From: Lingula anatina
Taxonomy: Eukaryota > Animalia > Brachiopoda
Assembly (NCBI GenBank): GCA_051362555.1
Contig: CM120645.1
Coordinates: forward strand, 20,336,001-20,400,000
DNA length: 64,000 nucleotides
Direction of reading: 5' to 3'
A program made the translations under genes and the position numbers. The notes beneath the pieces were generated by a model, which saw nothing but the letters and a program-made list of their open reading frames with translations, searched no databases and was not told where the DNA came from. Positions 13,188-26,623 of the stretch are shown here, piece by piece (the first letter of the stretch is position 1; each line of letters begins with the position of its first letter).

Positions 13188-14643
13188 GAGCATTAGAAAA
13201 AATATATAGGATCGGGCACTGCTTTGGCTAAAGCAATCCATACAATGATATCCGACCGTTGTAATTGTTGTTAGGTAATTTTGGCGTTTTTAATTATTGT
13301 AAAATATAAACAATTACGGATTTATCATTCCCTAAAAATTAATCTCACATTGTTGGACACACATTAGACATCATGACCTCCAATAACAAGTTTTTTTTTC
13401 TTTGTCGGTTTGTTTTTTTGTTGACAGAATATTTCAAAATGTTATGGGCACATTTTGATAAACTTCTCATTCTAAGTCAGAGATTGCCAATTTATAATCG
13501 ATTATATTTTGGTGTCGATTATTTATTTGATTGATTAATAATGAGAGTTGAGAATGGGTAATTAGTTGTAATGGAGGTTTGAACCCTCTCAATGCTTTCC
13601 AGTTTATCAGGTGTATTAGTTTTAAAACAGTTGACCTACGAGCAGGAATGTCAGAGAAAGACAGCTGGTCTTACTTAAAGAAACATGTAGATGAAATCTT
13701 GTCTTCTGTACCGTTTTTATTGTTAGATTCCACGACAAAATTAATCTTGTGCCACATATTCATGAACGTATCATGTTTTCATTTTACAGATTCTAATAAG
13801 CATTTTAACTTTGATATTTGATTGGTTTTTAATGATTATTAAGAATTTTCAGATCTAAGAAAAATAGGGTACTTTTAGATATTTGCTATAACGAAAAGTG
13901 GATTTCAATTTCCATAAAAAAACTGTCATTTTTTCCTGATATTTTTTCAGTCTTGAGCCTTTTTCAAAATGTTTCAAACGAGAGAACTAAAACTGCATGT
14001 AGACCGTGCCAACCAATAGGCGTTCATGGTATGGTTATTAAAAAATGAAATGGAAATTACATTTAAAAGGTAAATTTCACTACCAAAAAGTACATCTTTA
14101 TGACGTTTATAACAGCTGCACGCTGGGCGTTTACTTTTTGGAATTCACGGTCAATTCATGTTTTTTTTTAAAGGATTTATGGTTTGCCAATATTTTAAAA
14201 AATTAATAATTCACGCAATTTGACTTGTCGTTTTATATATGTCGTTTGTTAAAAATGAATAATATTGTAAACGTTGTAAATTTGCCATGTTGCCCTTTTA
14301 CTTATTGGAAATTAGCAGAAATTAATTAAATTAATTTTACCAAAAAGTGCAATAATAATTTGTTAGGAATCAGTGGTCTGTTGTACGGAAATTGCATATT
14401 TTTACTAGGCAAGAATGAAAATTGTTAAATGTCACAAGGATCTGGTAAATTGTTTCATTGAACCAAAAAGTAAATTGTCATGAAGTTATAATAACAGCTA
14501 GAACATGCCATAATTTCAAATTCAGTTATTTAAAATGAAAGTGTATGCTCTTTTGGGTTTGGCAAAATAAAAGCGGCCTTAACTGGTCCAATATCAATCA
14601 ACCAACATATTGTGTTTGTCATTGTATTTTCTTAACTGACATA

Positions 14644-14870
14644 GGGACCATTCCCACAAATATTTGGATCGATCTATCTCCCTGGGGAGTCTCACTAAAT
14701 TGCTGTCAACTTGACCGGCTTAAATGTATGTCACGCCTATTAAAGCTGTTAGGAGGTAATTATCTTTACCCCATAGCTGATTCGGAAGCGTGACAGACAT
14801 TTAAGCTGGTTAGTTGACAGCAATTTAGTGAGACTCCCCAGGAAGTTAGATCGATCCAGATGGATCGATC
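14644..14870. mobile_element. Palindromic MITE (family also at 37570-37780, 51871-52110, fragment ~56600)
   Basis: Long inverted arms: GGATCGATCTATCTCCCTGGGGAGTCTCACTAAATTGCTGTCAAC..GCTTAAATGTATGTCACGC against GCGTGACAGACATTTAAGC..GTTGACAGCAATTTAGTGAGACTCCCCAGG..AGATCGATCC. Confidence 0.85.
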
Positions 14871-16259
14871 CACCACACCACACCCGCGACCCCACAACTT
14901 ACCAAGCTCTTCTTTGGCATATGAATTACGAGGCATAGTCAGTCTTTAGACCTGCTGTGCAAAATATGACTTACAACTACACACGCCAGCTGTGTTAGGG
15001 GTCTAAACTTACATTTGACCTTACATCATGCTTGGCCATCATGCAAGGCATACAACTCTCATTATTGTCAATCGAGAAATTCCAATGAATTGATTCCACA
15101 TCCATAGTTAGCAAATTGTTTATTAGTGATTGTCCTAGCCAGGTATGTCAATGGTTATGTGCAAATGGTCACCGTGAACTTTAAAGAATATATGAAGATT
15201 TTTAAGCCCCCGGGACCTGAAAGGTGATGAAAAGATTACTTTCTTTGTTCTACATGTATATACGAGATATACGATCAGGCGCGGTTTGATTCAAAATGAT
15301 ATTATCGGGAACACGGTCAAGCCAGCGTGCAAATTAGACTTTTGCTCTTTATAAATGTTTCTAAATAAGCATTTTACAGTGGCGAGCACCCAACGGTGAA
15401 TGCGGATTATTAATGTAAGCCTGGAACATGTAGCATATTACACAAGCAATAGGATTCATATGAATTGCACTCATGTCTTTTTTACATATGATTACTTTAG
15501 TCTGAAAGGTACAAAAAAGGCGCCATATATTTATAACACACCTTGCAAAATTTAATGTGTTTTTATGTCTGTTATATTCAGCGTGATTAGTTTTACGCAT
15601 AGGGGAAATTTTCTCCAATTTTGACTGTTTTGGCCTTGAAATACAAAACAACGTTTTATAATATAAGGGTACAGTGTATAAATAACAAATGCAGTCATGT
15701 TTTTTACAGTTTTTCATTCGGAAAATGCTTCTTCTTCTATCGCAATTAATACTAGACATTGTTTGCAAAACATCCGGACTTAATTCTCTTTACTCAGACG
15801 CTTAAAAACAAGACTCGATTATGACTGCAGTTCCAATTCATACACTATAATGAAAATCTAATGTGTGACATCTCACGATTTTGCGTTTTAAGGATGGAAA
15901 CCATCACTAACCAATGATGTAAGACAATAATCAATAAAGGAGTAAGAGAAAAAAGATGTGGATTAATTGATTAACCAAATAAATTAATGTTTCATGATTA
16001 TACATGTATATTAGGAGCTTAATTAATGCTATCATATCCTATAATAGTGTTTGACTTACCTTTTAACCGAAGTTGATTTACAAATCAAATAGAAAGGGCA
16101 AAACTTTAATATAATCTATTATAAATGTAATAAGTTAAATTAATGCTTTATTTTGATAGAATTTGCAGTGCTGTCTTGCTATGTTTTCATCAGTCTTCAC
16201 TAGATGGACGAACTTGTGTCTTTAAGAAAGCTGCATAAATGAATATAAAAATAAAATTC

Positions 16260-16475
16260 TTTTTATGCACATCACGGGAAGAACAAAGGGAGGATACAGA
16301 TCCGTTAGTAAGTGTCAATCTAAATAAAGTGAAAAAGCAAGTCATAGCTTAGTATGAAATAGGAACGCACTGGCGAGAGACCACCTGGAATCAGAGTCTA
16401 CACAACCTACAGACTTGCCGATAACGGTTGGTGCCTTCGAATAACTCATACATCGCCTTGCACAATTTTATTGTA
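16260..16475 (+). promoter_or_regulatory. Conserved promoter and non-coding first exon of lipocalin A (paralogous blocks at ~20645-20855, ~26078-26256, ~29115-29331)
   Basis: All four copies carry TTTATGCACATCACGGGAAGAA, AAGTGTCAATCTAAAT, a TATA-like word (TATAAAAT in B at ~20733), then a donor T|GTAAGTTAC. The acceptor TTGACAG lies ~70 nt before the ATG. Confidence 0.5.
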
Positions 16476-16819
16476 AGTTACTGTTTTTTTATCAAATTTT
16501 GATATTTACTAACAACAGCAAGTGGTTAAATTTATTTGAATGATGATTCCTGCTTCATTTTCAGCACATAAGATTTCGACTGTGAAACGCGTTTACGTTT
16601 ACGTCAGTTGAACTAAGTAAAATGAAACATATCTGCTTTGGGATTTGTGAAGCATAACCGTCCATATATATAAGATAATTCGTATGCCTTCTTGGTAAGT
16701 CTTTTCAACAACTCCATGGCAGCTAATGGCAAGACGTTTCTTTGACAGGCTATAGATCAACAACCAAGACTGATTTTAGTTCTACATATCTCGGCAGTTT
16801 GGACAGTTACTGTAACAGA

Positions 16820-16942
16820 ATGAAAGACATTTGCTGCTTAGCTGCCATCGTCTGCATCGTTCCAATACTATGTGTGGCACTTGTAGAAACGGGTACGCCT
16901 TGTCAGCCGGGACCTCTTATGTCTTTTAAACCTGAAAGGGTA

Positions 16943-17001
<59 letters not shown>

Positions 17002-19344
17002 AAAATATTCACAATGAATGGATATTTACATAATAAGAAATTTAATTCTCCTGGAAATTTAAACACGTTAACCTTAAACAGCTTAACCAGAATCGTTCAC
17101 AGATTGGGTTTACTAACAAGCAAAGGATAGGGGTGGGTGAAGTTTACTATTGCAGTTTTTTCTGGAGATTTCAGCGCATTTTTCTTAACCACCGAAGTAT
17201 ACCATATCCAAACCCGTTTAAACAGTTTTCATCTATTACTGCTTTCTTCTAGTTTTTGTCACTCACCTTGATTGTTATACTACTAAAGAATCTATCGCTT
17301 ATTATGGGAATAAACGGTTTCTTGTTTTAGGTTACGGGAACGTGGTATGCTACTAACCTTTACTGGCCAGTTGACACTACTGAATATTGGCGGGACTTCA
17401 CCAACACCTTCACTCTCCATCCTAATGGAAACATGACTTGGCGTTTCGATCTTAGATGGATGTACTTATTATTATCTTAACATATATTTGTTAGACTTTG
17501 ATTTTATGCTTACGAAAAACGTGCACAGAAAAAGCTGGAGACCATGTCTCGTCATATCTTAAAGGCAGAAAAACTTACCTGAAGATACAGAAGTGCTGCA
17601 AAATGTATATTACTGTCTTCAAAGCCAATGGCTTGGGGAATAGAGGGTGCAAAAAGATCCTCCTGAACTTACATGTATAGCATTATTTTGACAGTTTTAA
17701 ATATATAGAAAAGCTTTAGAACAAATTTATGTTTAAGATTGTTAATCTGTGACTAATAGATATGTGCACGATTATTTCAGGTTCACTAACTTTTCTGAGT
17801 GTGCCGGTTGGTCCCGTGAGCTCGTGCCTGACCCTGATTTCAACGGCAAATACAACTGGATACACAGTAAGTGGGCTCATTTGAAAGAGAAAAGTGTGCT
17901 TTTGACAGAAATATTTCTTGAAAGTTCAGTTCAGTTCCCCGTCATCACGAAGGTACATCCTATTCAAAGCTGTGTTTTCAACACTGAAATCCCCCAATGG
18001 ACATTCAGTAATCTTTTTTCATCAACAGGTAAATAGCCCATTCGAAACTTTCAGAACCCATAAATTGTGTTTCCCATTATGATTTGTCTACATGCTTGGC
18101 CTTATGGGGTCCCAGAGCAAGTTTACAATAGTTGCTACTTGGGCAACTTTGAGCATTTTAAACACCCAAGATGGTCGCCAAGCCCATACAAAAATATACC
18201 TTTTAACATAAAAACTCTTCAGCCTTGTAAGATTACAACTTAATGCTTCAAATATATGTATAGTGTTTTCTTTAATGTATTATCTTGTTTTGATAAATTT
18301 GATTAATCAAAAATAGCCCCCAAACGCCATAGAAATAGAGAGTTCGATTAGCCAAATCTTGATTAAAATAGTTAACAGTTTTAATTTTCAGACACAATTG
18401 AAAACCACAAATTTCAGGCATATTATTATACAGTCGCTGTATCTCAACAATGAAGTTGTATGCAACCTTTGAGGCTAGTGGGATGTTTTGCAAGATTGCC
18501 ACTGTGTCAAATAGAGAGATGTTAACAACCATACATCATTTTTCACTTACTGGTTTCTTGAATTTTTGCTTCCGAACGATAACAGTATCGTTGCTGTTCA
18601 ATAACTGTTCAAGCTTATTTTAGAACATGCACGTGAGAATAGCCTAACTTTGGATTTTTCAGCACGAGACTACGTTCGCTTTGCACTAAAACGTACCAAT
18701 CCTGTTTCAGACGGAGCACACTACGACTCCCTGTACTTTGCGTTCAACCTCGCTAACCTTACATTCACTTACCAGATGGGTCCCGGATCGGACCGGGTGC
18801 GCATGGTCACAGCATTTTCACGCACGCCCTCGAACACAAAGACAATGCTCACAAAACATATCTTGACTCATGATTTCTGCTTGACTGAGGAGGACGTCAC
18901 TGTGCACTTGTGGAATATTACACATGAAAACCGTAAGTAGTGCAATTGTAATTTTGTAACCTATTCATTTGTTTACTTCTCCAATATCTAGAGTCACAAG
19001 TTGATGTGCATTCCACGGGTAATTTAACGCATGTTTAGGTAGCGCTAGACTCGTTCAAGCTACTCAAAGCGGTGCTCTTCTTTATCTTAAGGTTGTATTT
19101 AAATGGTGAGTCTGATGGACGCGACATTCCATACGTAATAAAACAAAAATTTCAAAGTATCATTATAAAAAGTACATATTGTTGGTATTGTGTATATTCA
19201 AGTTACAATATAGTTTCTGCAAATGACAACTTAAGAATTACCGATACAGGTATTACTTATCATGTTTTGGTGTCTAAACCAACTTTCCATTACCTTGAAA
19301 TCTTTTTTCAAATTTTTGATTTTATTTCAGCTTGTCCAGCATAA
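16820..19344 (+). CDS. Secreted lipocalin, copy A (190 aa, intact)
   Basis: Exons 16820-16939, 17331-17461, 17781-17866, 18711-18932 and 19331-19344 total 573 nt in frame. Signal peptide MKDICCLAAIVCIVPILCVALVET, then PCQP..FKPERVTGTWY (SCR1), ECAGWSRELVP..GKYNW, AFSRTP (SCR3), FC and PCPA*. Confidence 0.9.
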
Positions 19345-20326
19345 TGCTACGAGGATGAAGCCAATATAACCGTCAGTGAACTAATCCTTTGATCTAGCTT
19401 TGTCAGTGAATAGCTTTGAACACAAATGGATGTTATGTTATTTCTGAATATTTCTGTATCATATGTACTGTTAATTAACTTTGAAACTATAAGTAATTTA
19501 GTGCAGTGAATGGAGATTACGGGATGAGAGTCAGGAACATGTAACATATTACACAAGCAATAAAATTCATTTGCATTGCACTTATGCCCTATTTACATGT
19601 TTGCTTCAGTCAGAAAGATACAACAAAAGTAATTTTGGGTTATAAATGTAACACACCTTGCTCAATTAAATGTGTGTTTACGTCTTTAACAGTGTTCTAT
19701 TATACACAGCATGATTAGTTTTACGCATAGGGGAAATGTGTTCAAAGGTTAACTGTACAAGGACAACGTATTATAACATAGGGTACAGTGTATGAATTAA
19801 AATTACAGTCATGTTTTTTTACAGTTTTTCATTCGGCAAATACTTTTTCTATCGCAATTAATACTAGACATAGTTTGCAAAACATCCGGCCTTAATTCTC
19901 TTTACTCAGACGCTTAAAAACAAGACAAACCCCCATCTCGATTATGACTGTAGTTCCACTCTGTAATTAAAATCAAATTTGTGACATCTCATGATTTCAC
20001 GTTATAAAAATGGGATCCACACGATCTCACTTACCCATGATCTTAGACAATAATTAAAAAGAGGTATGTTAGAGACTGGAGAGTAAGAAAAACGACGGTT
20101 TGGATTAATTGATAAACCAAATAATTGCATGTTATTTTATGATTAATATAAGGAGTTTTGGTAATGCTATTATATGCTATAAAAGTGTCTGACTTACCAT
20201 TTAAACGTACACCAGTTCATTTACAAACCAAACAGAGAGGGCAAAATTTTAATAGAATCTATTACAAATATGCTGTATTCATACTATCTGCAACAGTCGA
20301 AGCTGGTGAAATTGTACCGAGGTAGA

Positions 20327-20363
<37 letters not shown>

Positions 20364-21199
20364 CATAGATAAAAAGCAACAAAATTACATAGAAATGTAC
20401 CGTTATTACACATACATGTCCAGTATTTTATAACCATAAGGTAGGTGCGGTCTTAATGTCGAGTCAACTGCTCACAGCACTGATCGTACGTGTACGTTAG
20501 CATCATATTACAAGCATTGCATAAAGGCAATTAGTTACAATAATTCTTTATTTTGATAGAATTTAGAGTGCTATCCTGCTAGTATTAATCAGCCTTCAGT
20601 AGATGGACGAAATTATTAATGCTGCACAGATTAGTATAAAAATTCCCTTTATGCACATCACGGGAAGAAAATAGGGAGGAGCCAAATCGGTTAACAAGTG
20701 TCAATCTAAATAAAGTGAGTCTGATAGCTTCGTATAAAATGGGAATGCATTGTCGAACGACCACCTGGTACCAGAGTCTACGCAGCCTACAGTCTTACCG
20801 ATAACTGTTGGTGACTTCGAAGAAATCATAAATCTTCTTGCACAGTTTTACTGTAAGTTACAGTTTTTGTTAAATCTAGATATTTACTAGCAACAGGATG
20901 GGGTTAAATTTATTCGAATGATGATTCCTGCTTCATTTTCAGCACAAGATTTCAATGATAAAATCATGTTACTGGGAAAACCCTTTTACGTTTGCCTCAC
21001 TTGAATTAAGTAAAATAAAACACCTGTTTTGGTTCTTTGTGAAATGTTGTCATCCATATACATTAATTAAATCTTAGCAAGTTTTTTTGCAACAACTCCA
21101 TTCTAATGGCAAAATGTTTCTTTGACAGGCTATAAATCAACAACCACGACTGATATTAGTCCTACATCTCTTGGCACTTTGGACAGTTACTGTAACAAA

Positions 21200-23738
21200 A
21201 TGAAAGACATTAGCTTCTTAGTTGCCATCGTCTGCATTGTTCCAATACTGGTACTTGTGGCACTTGTTGAAACGAGTTTGCCGTGTCAGCCTAGCCCTAT
21301 AGCGTCTTTTGATCCCGAAGGGGTGAGTCTTTTGCAAAACATTCATAATGGAAGTTGTTTTTTTTTTACACAATAAAAATAGTTCAATTTTCCTGGAAAT
21401 TTCAGCACGTTTACCTTAAGCAACATATCTAAAATATGGGGTTTTCTTACAGGCAGAGGTGGTCAACGCACGGTCAGTGCGATTTAACCACTGCGGAAGA
21501 TGTTTCAGCACATTTATCTTAATTACTATGTTATTCTCCAAATTGCGATCCATAACCACGTTCTACTAGTAAATTTCTTGTTTCTGAGCTGCTCACCTTG
21601 ATGCTGAATTTGATGCTGAATTTTCATAAAATTGCCCTCTTACTGTTAACGCGTATTATGAGAATTAAACAGTTTGTGGCATTTTAGGTTGAAGGAACAT
21701 GGTATGGTACCAATATTTACTGGCCAAACTTGACTATGGAGTTTTGGCAGGACTACGCCAACACCTTCACACTGCATCCTAATGGAAACATGACGTGGCA
21801 GTTCGATCTTAGATGGAGGTACTTCTTATTACCTTAATATATATTTGTGAGCTTTTGATTTTTATTCTTACTACAGAGGCAGATGTAGATTGCGCTCTTG
21901 TCCCGTTTTAAAGAAAGAAACCCCAATCTGAGTATACAGAACTGCTGCTAAATATTTTTATTGTACCCAATCTGTCTTCAAAGCGAAATTACTACATGTA
22001 AATAGGGGGTGCAAAACGATCCTCCCCAATATACATGTATGGCACTCCACTACGTTCTTGATTGTTTCTGTAACGTTTGTATAAATTTATAAAAAAAAAC
22101 GTATAAAATTTTGGTTTATAAAGTGTTTTTTAATCTATCTCTAACGGAAATACTAGTATATATTTATTTCAGTTTCACTAACGTTTCTGAGTGTACCGGC
22201 TGGTCACGTGAGCTAGTGCCTGACCCAAATTTCAACGGCAAATACGACTGGTTTCTTAGTAAGTGGAGTGTAATGTGCTTTTCGATGAACTGTGTTATCA
22301 ATTTTGAGATACTCAGTGATCATTTTTCATCAATAGGTAAATGAACCAGTCAAAACCTTTCAGAACAGTGTTTCCCATTATGGTTATTCTAGAAACTCGG
22401 TGGTATGGCTCCCAGCATAAATTTACAATAGTTCCTACTTAGGCGACTTTGGGCATTAAAAACACACAAGATGGTCGCCAATCCCCACAGAAAAATATAC
22501 CTTTTTTTACACAGTAAGTCTTAAGTCTGGGAAGATTTCACCTTAATGCCTCAAAAATATTGATAGGGTTCCCATTAATGCATGGTCTTGTTTTGATAAA
22601 TTTGATAAATCCAAAACAGTCACCAAACGTCACAACAATAATGTTTAAACCAAATCTTGATAAAAATTAATGACCTGTTTTAATTTTTATACACACTTGA
22701 GAACTACAAATATCAGGCGTATTATTATACACTATATCTCAACAAAGAAGTTGTATGCAACCTTTGAGGCTCGTGAATGTTTTACAAGACGGCTAACGTG
22801 TTGCATAGAGGGATATAAACAACCATACACCAATTTCACCAACAATTTCTTGGATCTTTGCTTCGGATCGATAAACAAGTTTAATGTTAGCAGTCACTCT
22901 GATTTTTAGTTGACGCATGCATGGTTATCAGATTAAGGCTACTTTTCTGTTTCGTTTCTGTTCAATAACAACAGCTTGTTACAGCTTACTTTTAGTACAT
23001 CCACATGAGGGGTTGGGGTATAGTGGGGTTGCTTTCAATTTTTTTTCAGCATGAAACTACTTTCGCTTTGCACTAAAATGCCACAATCGTGTTTCAGACG
23101 GATCACTCTACGACTCCCTGTACTTCGCGCTCACTGACTATAATGACCTTACATTCACTTACCAGATGGCTCCCGAATCGGATTGGGTGCGCATGCTCAC
23201 GGTGTTTTCGCGTACACCCTCGAACACAAAGACAATCCTCACAAAATATGTCTTGATTCGTTATTTCTGCGTGACTGCGGAGGATGTCGCCGCGCATTTG
23301 TGGAATGTTACACATGAAAACCGTAAGTAGTGCTGTTGTAATTAAGCTTAGTTATTCAGTTGTTTACTTCTCCTATATCTGAAAACACAAGCTGATGGAC
23401 AATTTAACATACGTTTAGGTAGAGCTGGACAGGTTAAAGCTACTCTAAGCGGCGCTGTGCTCTAAATTCTGGTTGTATTTTAATAGAAAATTAGTTGAAA
23501 TAATGGACACAACATTCGCTACGTAAAAGAACACAAAATTTTAAAATACCATCAGAAAAGCAAATGTGCCAGGTATTTTGTACATGTATATTCAAGTTAC
23601 AATATAGTTTCTTCAAAGGACAACTAAAGAGATACTGATACAGGTACAGGTATTTCTACTCATATGTTCCGGTGTTTACACTAACTTTCCATTCACTTGT
23701 AATTTTTTTCAAATTTTTTTTCAGCTTGCATAGCATAA
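21200..23738 (+). CDS. Secreted lipocalin, copy B (192 aa, intact)
   Basis: Exons 21200-21322, 21688-21818, 22173-22258, 23098-23322 and 23725-23738 total 579 nt in frame. All three lipocalin motifs are present: FDPEGVEGTWY, LTDYND and VFSRTP. The mature chain has 4 Cys. Confidence 0.9.
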
Positions 23739-26623
23739 AGGTGCATGTCATGAGATGCAGCGGACATGATATTCAGTGAACCAATCCGTTGATCTTTGTT
23801 AGTGAATAGCTTGTGCTTATAACAGTTCTAGCTCTGATACTCATGGTGCTTCCTTATTTGTGCAAAAAATTTCCAAATGAAGTAATGCAGTCAACCCACC
23901 CCTATGCCACGGTCTCCCAGAGATGTGAACCAGCGTACGCGTATTAGGATGTACTAGTATAGTTATCTCAAGAAGACAAACCAGTGCATATTCAGAAACC
24001 TTGATTGTTTTGTTTGTTTTAATTTTTGTCTCCGAAGAAACTTTCCTTGCTTAAAAAAAATCACAAGTGTCTTTTTGTGTTTCTATTCAACAAGTTTTTA
24101 GGATAAGGTAAGAAACACCTTCAGCACTATTCAATTCGTTGAAAAAAAAATACCAATTTTATACCTACATGCCCATTGTAACCCTGTAACGTTATACACA
24201 AAACATGTTTTGCCTAGTTTCAAATCTCTTTTTATTTTCTCGTGAATAGTTTAATCAGCGTGTCTATTTATCCACACAGGGTATGCGTGGATAATTCCCC
24301 CTGCACTATAAATATTTATAAATAAAGGAACATTAACAAGGTCGTGACGAAACTTTATATTCTACCAAACGCCAACTGAGTGATGACGTCAATCATATGC
24401 CTGAATTCTCGCTGAACAGTACAGACACGGGCAAATGCTTAGTGAAAATAATTGTCTCTGAATATCTAGTAAAAAGTCTATAAGTGGCCCTGGCAGTGTA
24501 CCACTATTTTTTAAATTTTGAAACCGTGAGAATTTCGTTTTAGAAAATAATACCATTATAACCATAAAACTAAAGTACATGTAGTTAACTAATCCTGTCG
24601 TGCAATGGATTAAACTGGTGATCGACTAGCCGTGGTTGACTTCTCTAAACTCTCATTTAATGCTGCATTGCGAGTTCCTACACCCGAGGTGCAGTTACTG
24701 CTTACCACCAATATAATATATAATTCATCATTAATTATAGACCTTCACCTATTTATACCGTGCGTGGGGTTTGGGGCCCGCTGAATTTGGGTATTTTAGA
24801 GGCGAACGGTGCCATTTGGTACGGTTTAGATCTATAATTCAGCTAGTCAAATTTCTAATTTCAAGAGGGGACCATTGGTGTAATTTTTTTTCAGGAATCA
24901 AAGGGGGGTCGAAGGGGGAACACCCCCTCCTAAATCCGCCAATGCATATTACACAAGCAATTCATGTGTGTGGCACCTGTGTCTTAGTTACCTTTTGTTC
25001 GTGTGAAGGATAAAAAGGCAACTATGGGCGATAGCTGTATGACACACTTTGCGAAAAGAATGGTGTTTTTATGCTCCTTACGTTTTCCATTTAGTAGTTT
25101 TATCTCTAATTGTACTTCAGACCTTTTTTTTTTAATAACGACAAAACCCTTTAAATAAAAAATTGTATATAGTGGTTATTTAATAAGATATCGTACAAAA
25201 CATTGGATCCAAATGCAGGGAACGCTTGAACAATGATTTTGAGGAGGAAATATAATATTTTTTAAATTGGCGTTCAAAATCCCAGATACACGTACATGAA
25301 AACTCTAGTATCTTTATCGTGCCTAAAGACTCGGTTTATGCTATCTCGTACGACCTCCATTACATACAGCGTGATAAGTTTTACACATAGGGGAAATGTT
25401 ATCTCTTGTTGATTGTTATGGCTTTGATATACAAGAACAACATATATAATATAGGGGTACAGTGTATGAATTATAATTGCAGCTAATTTTTACAGCTTTT
25501 CATTTGGAAAATGCTTCTTCTATTGCAATTAATACTAGACATTATTTCCAAAACATCCAGACTTAATTATCATTATCCAGATGCTTAAAAACAAGGCAAA
25601 CCCCATCTTGATTATGAGTGCAGTCCCAATTCATACACAGTTACTACTCTCGCATGTATGATATCTCATGATTCCACGTTATAAAAATAAGATTCATACG
25701 ATCTCACTTACACATCTTAGACAATAATTTAGAAAAGAGTTATGTCAGAGGCTGGAGAGTTAGAGAAGCAACGAATTGGATTAATTGATACACCAAATAA
25801 TTTCATGTTATTTCATGATTATATTAAAGGAGTTTAATTAATGCTATCGTATGCTATGATAGTGTTTGACCTAAATTTTAAACGTACAACATTTGATTTA
25901 CAAGCCAATGACAAATTCCAAAATTTTAATCTAATTTATTATAAATGTAATAAGTTCAATTAATGCTTTAATTTGATAGAAATTGCAGTGCTGTCTTGCT
26001 ATGTTTTAATCAGTCTTCAAAAGATGGACGAACTTACAACTTATGAATGCTGCACAATGAGTATAAAAATAAAATTCCCTTTATGCACATCACGGGAAGA
26101 AAATAGGGAGGAGCCACATCTGTTAACAAGTGTCAATCTAAATTACGTGAAAAGGTGAGTCATAGCTTCGTATTTAATGGGAACGCACTTACCGATAACT
26201 GTTGGTGACTTCAAAGATCTCATACCGGGTAAATCCTCTACCTAAATTTTATTGTAAGTTACTGTTTTTATTTTAATTAAAGATTTTTTGATATTTACTA
26301 GCACCAGCTAGTGAGTGGTTAAATTTATTTTTATGATGATTCCGGCTTCATTTTCAGCACATAAGATTTCGATGATAAAATCATGTTACTGCGAAAATGC
26401 GTTTACGTTTGCCTCGGTTGAATTAAGTAAAATGAAACATATCTGCTTTGGGATTTGTGAAGCATTACCGTCCATATGTATAAGATAATTCGTATGCCTT
26501 CTTGGTAAGTCTTTTCAACAACTCCATGGCAGCTAATGGCAAGATGTTTCCTTGACAGGATCAACAACCAAGACTGATTTTAGTTCTACATATCTCGGCA
26601 GTTTGAACAGTTACTGTAACAGA

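Noticed and set aside
16945-16999. ~55-nt poly-T just after the copy A exon 1 donor (poly-Phe ORF)
   Set aside because: An intronic homopolymer expansion or sequencing artefact; the paralogues have a short T run.
18650-18940. ORF-track proteins at 16742, 17749, 18650, 21122, 22111, 26552 and 4477 as standalone genes
   Set aside because: Each is a lipocalin exon plus intron read-through.
23052-23054. In-frame TGA in copy B read as selenocysteine or as proof of a pseudogene
   Set aside because: It lies upstream of the acceptor (23097/23098) that is homologous to L0's and gives canonical G..TDY spacing and an even Cys count. It aligns to Arg (CGA), not Cys.
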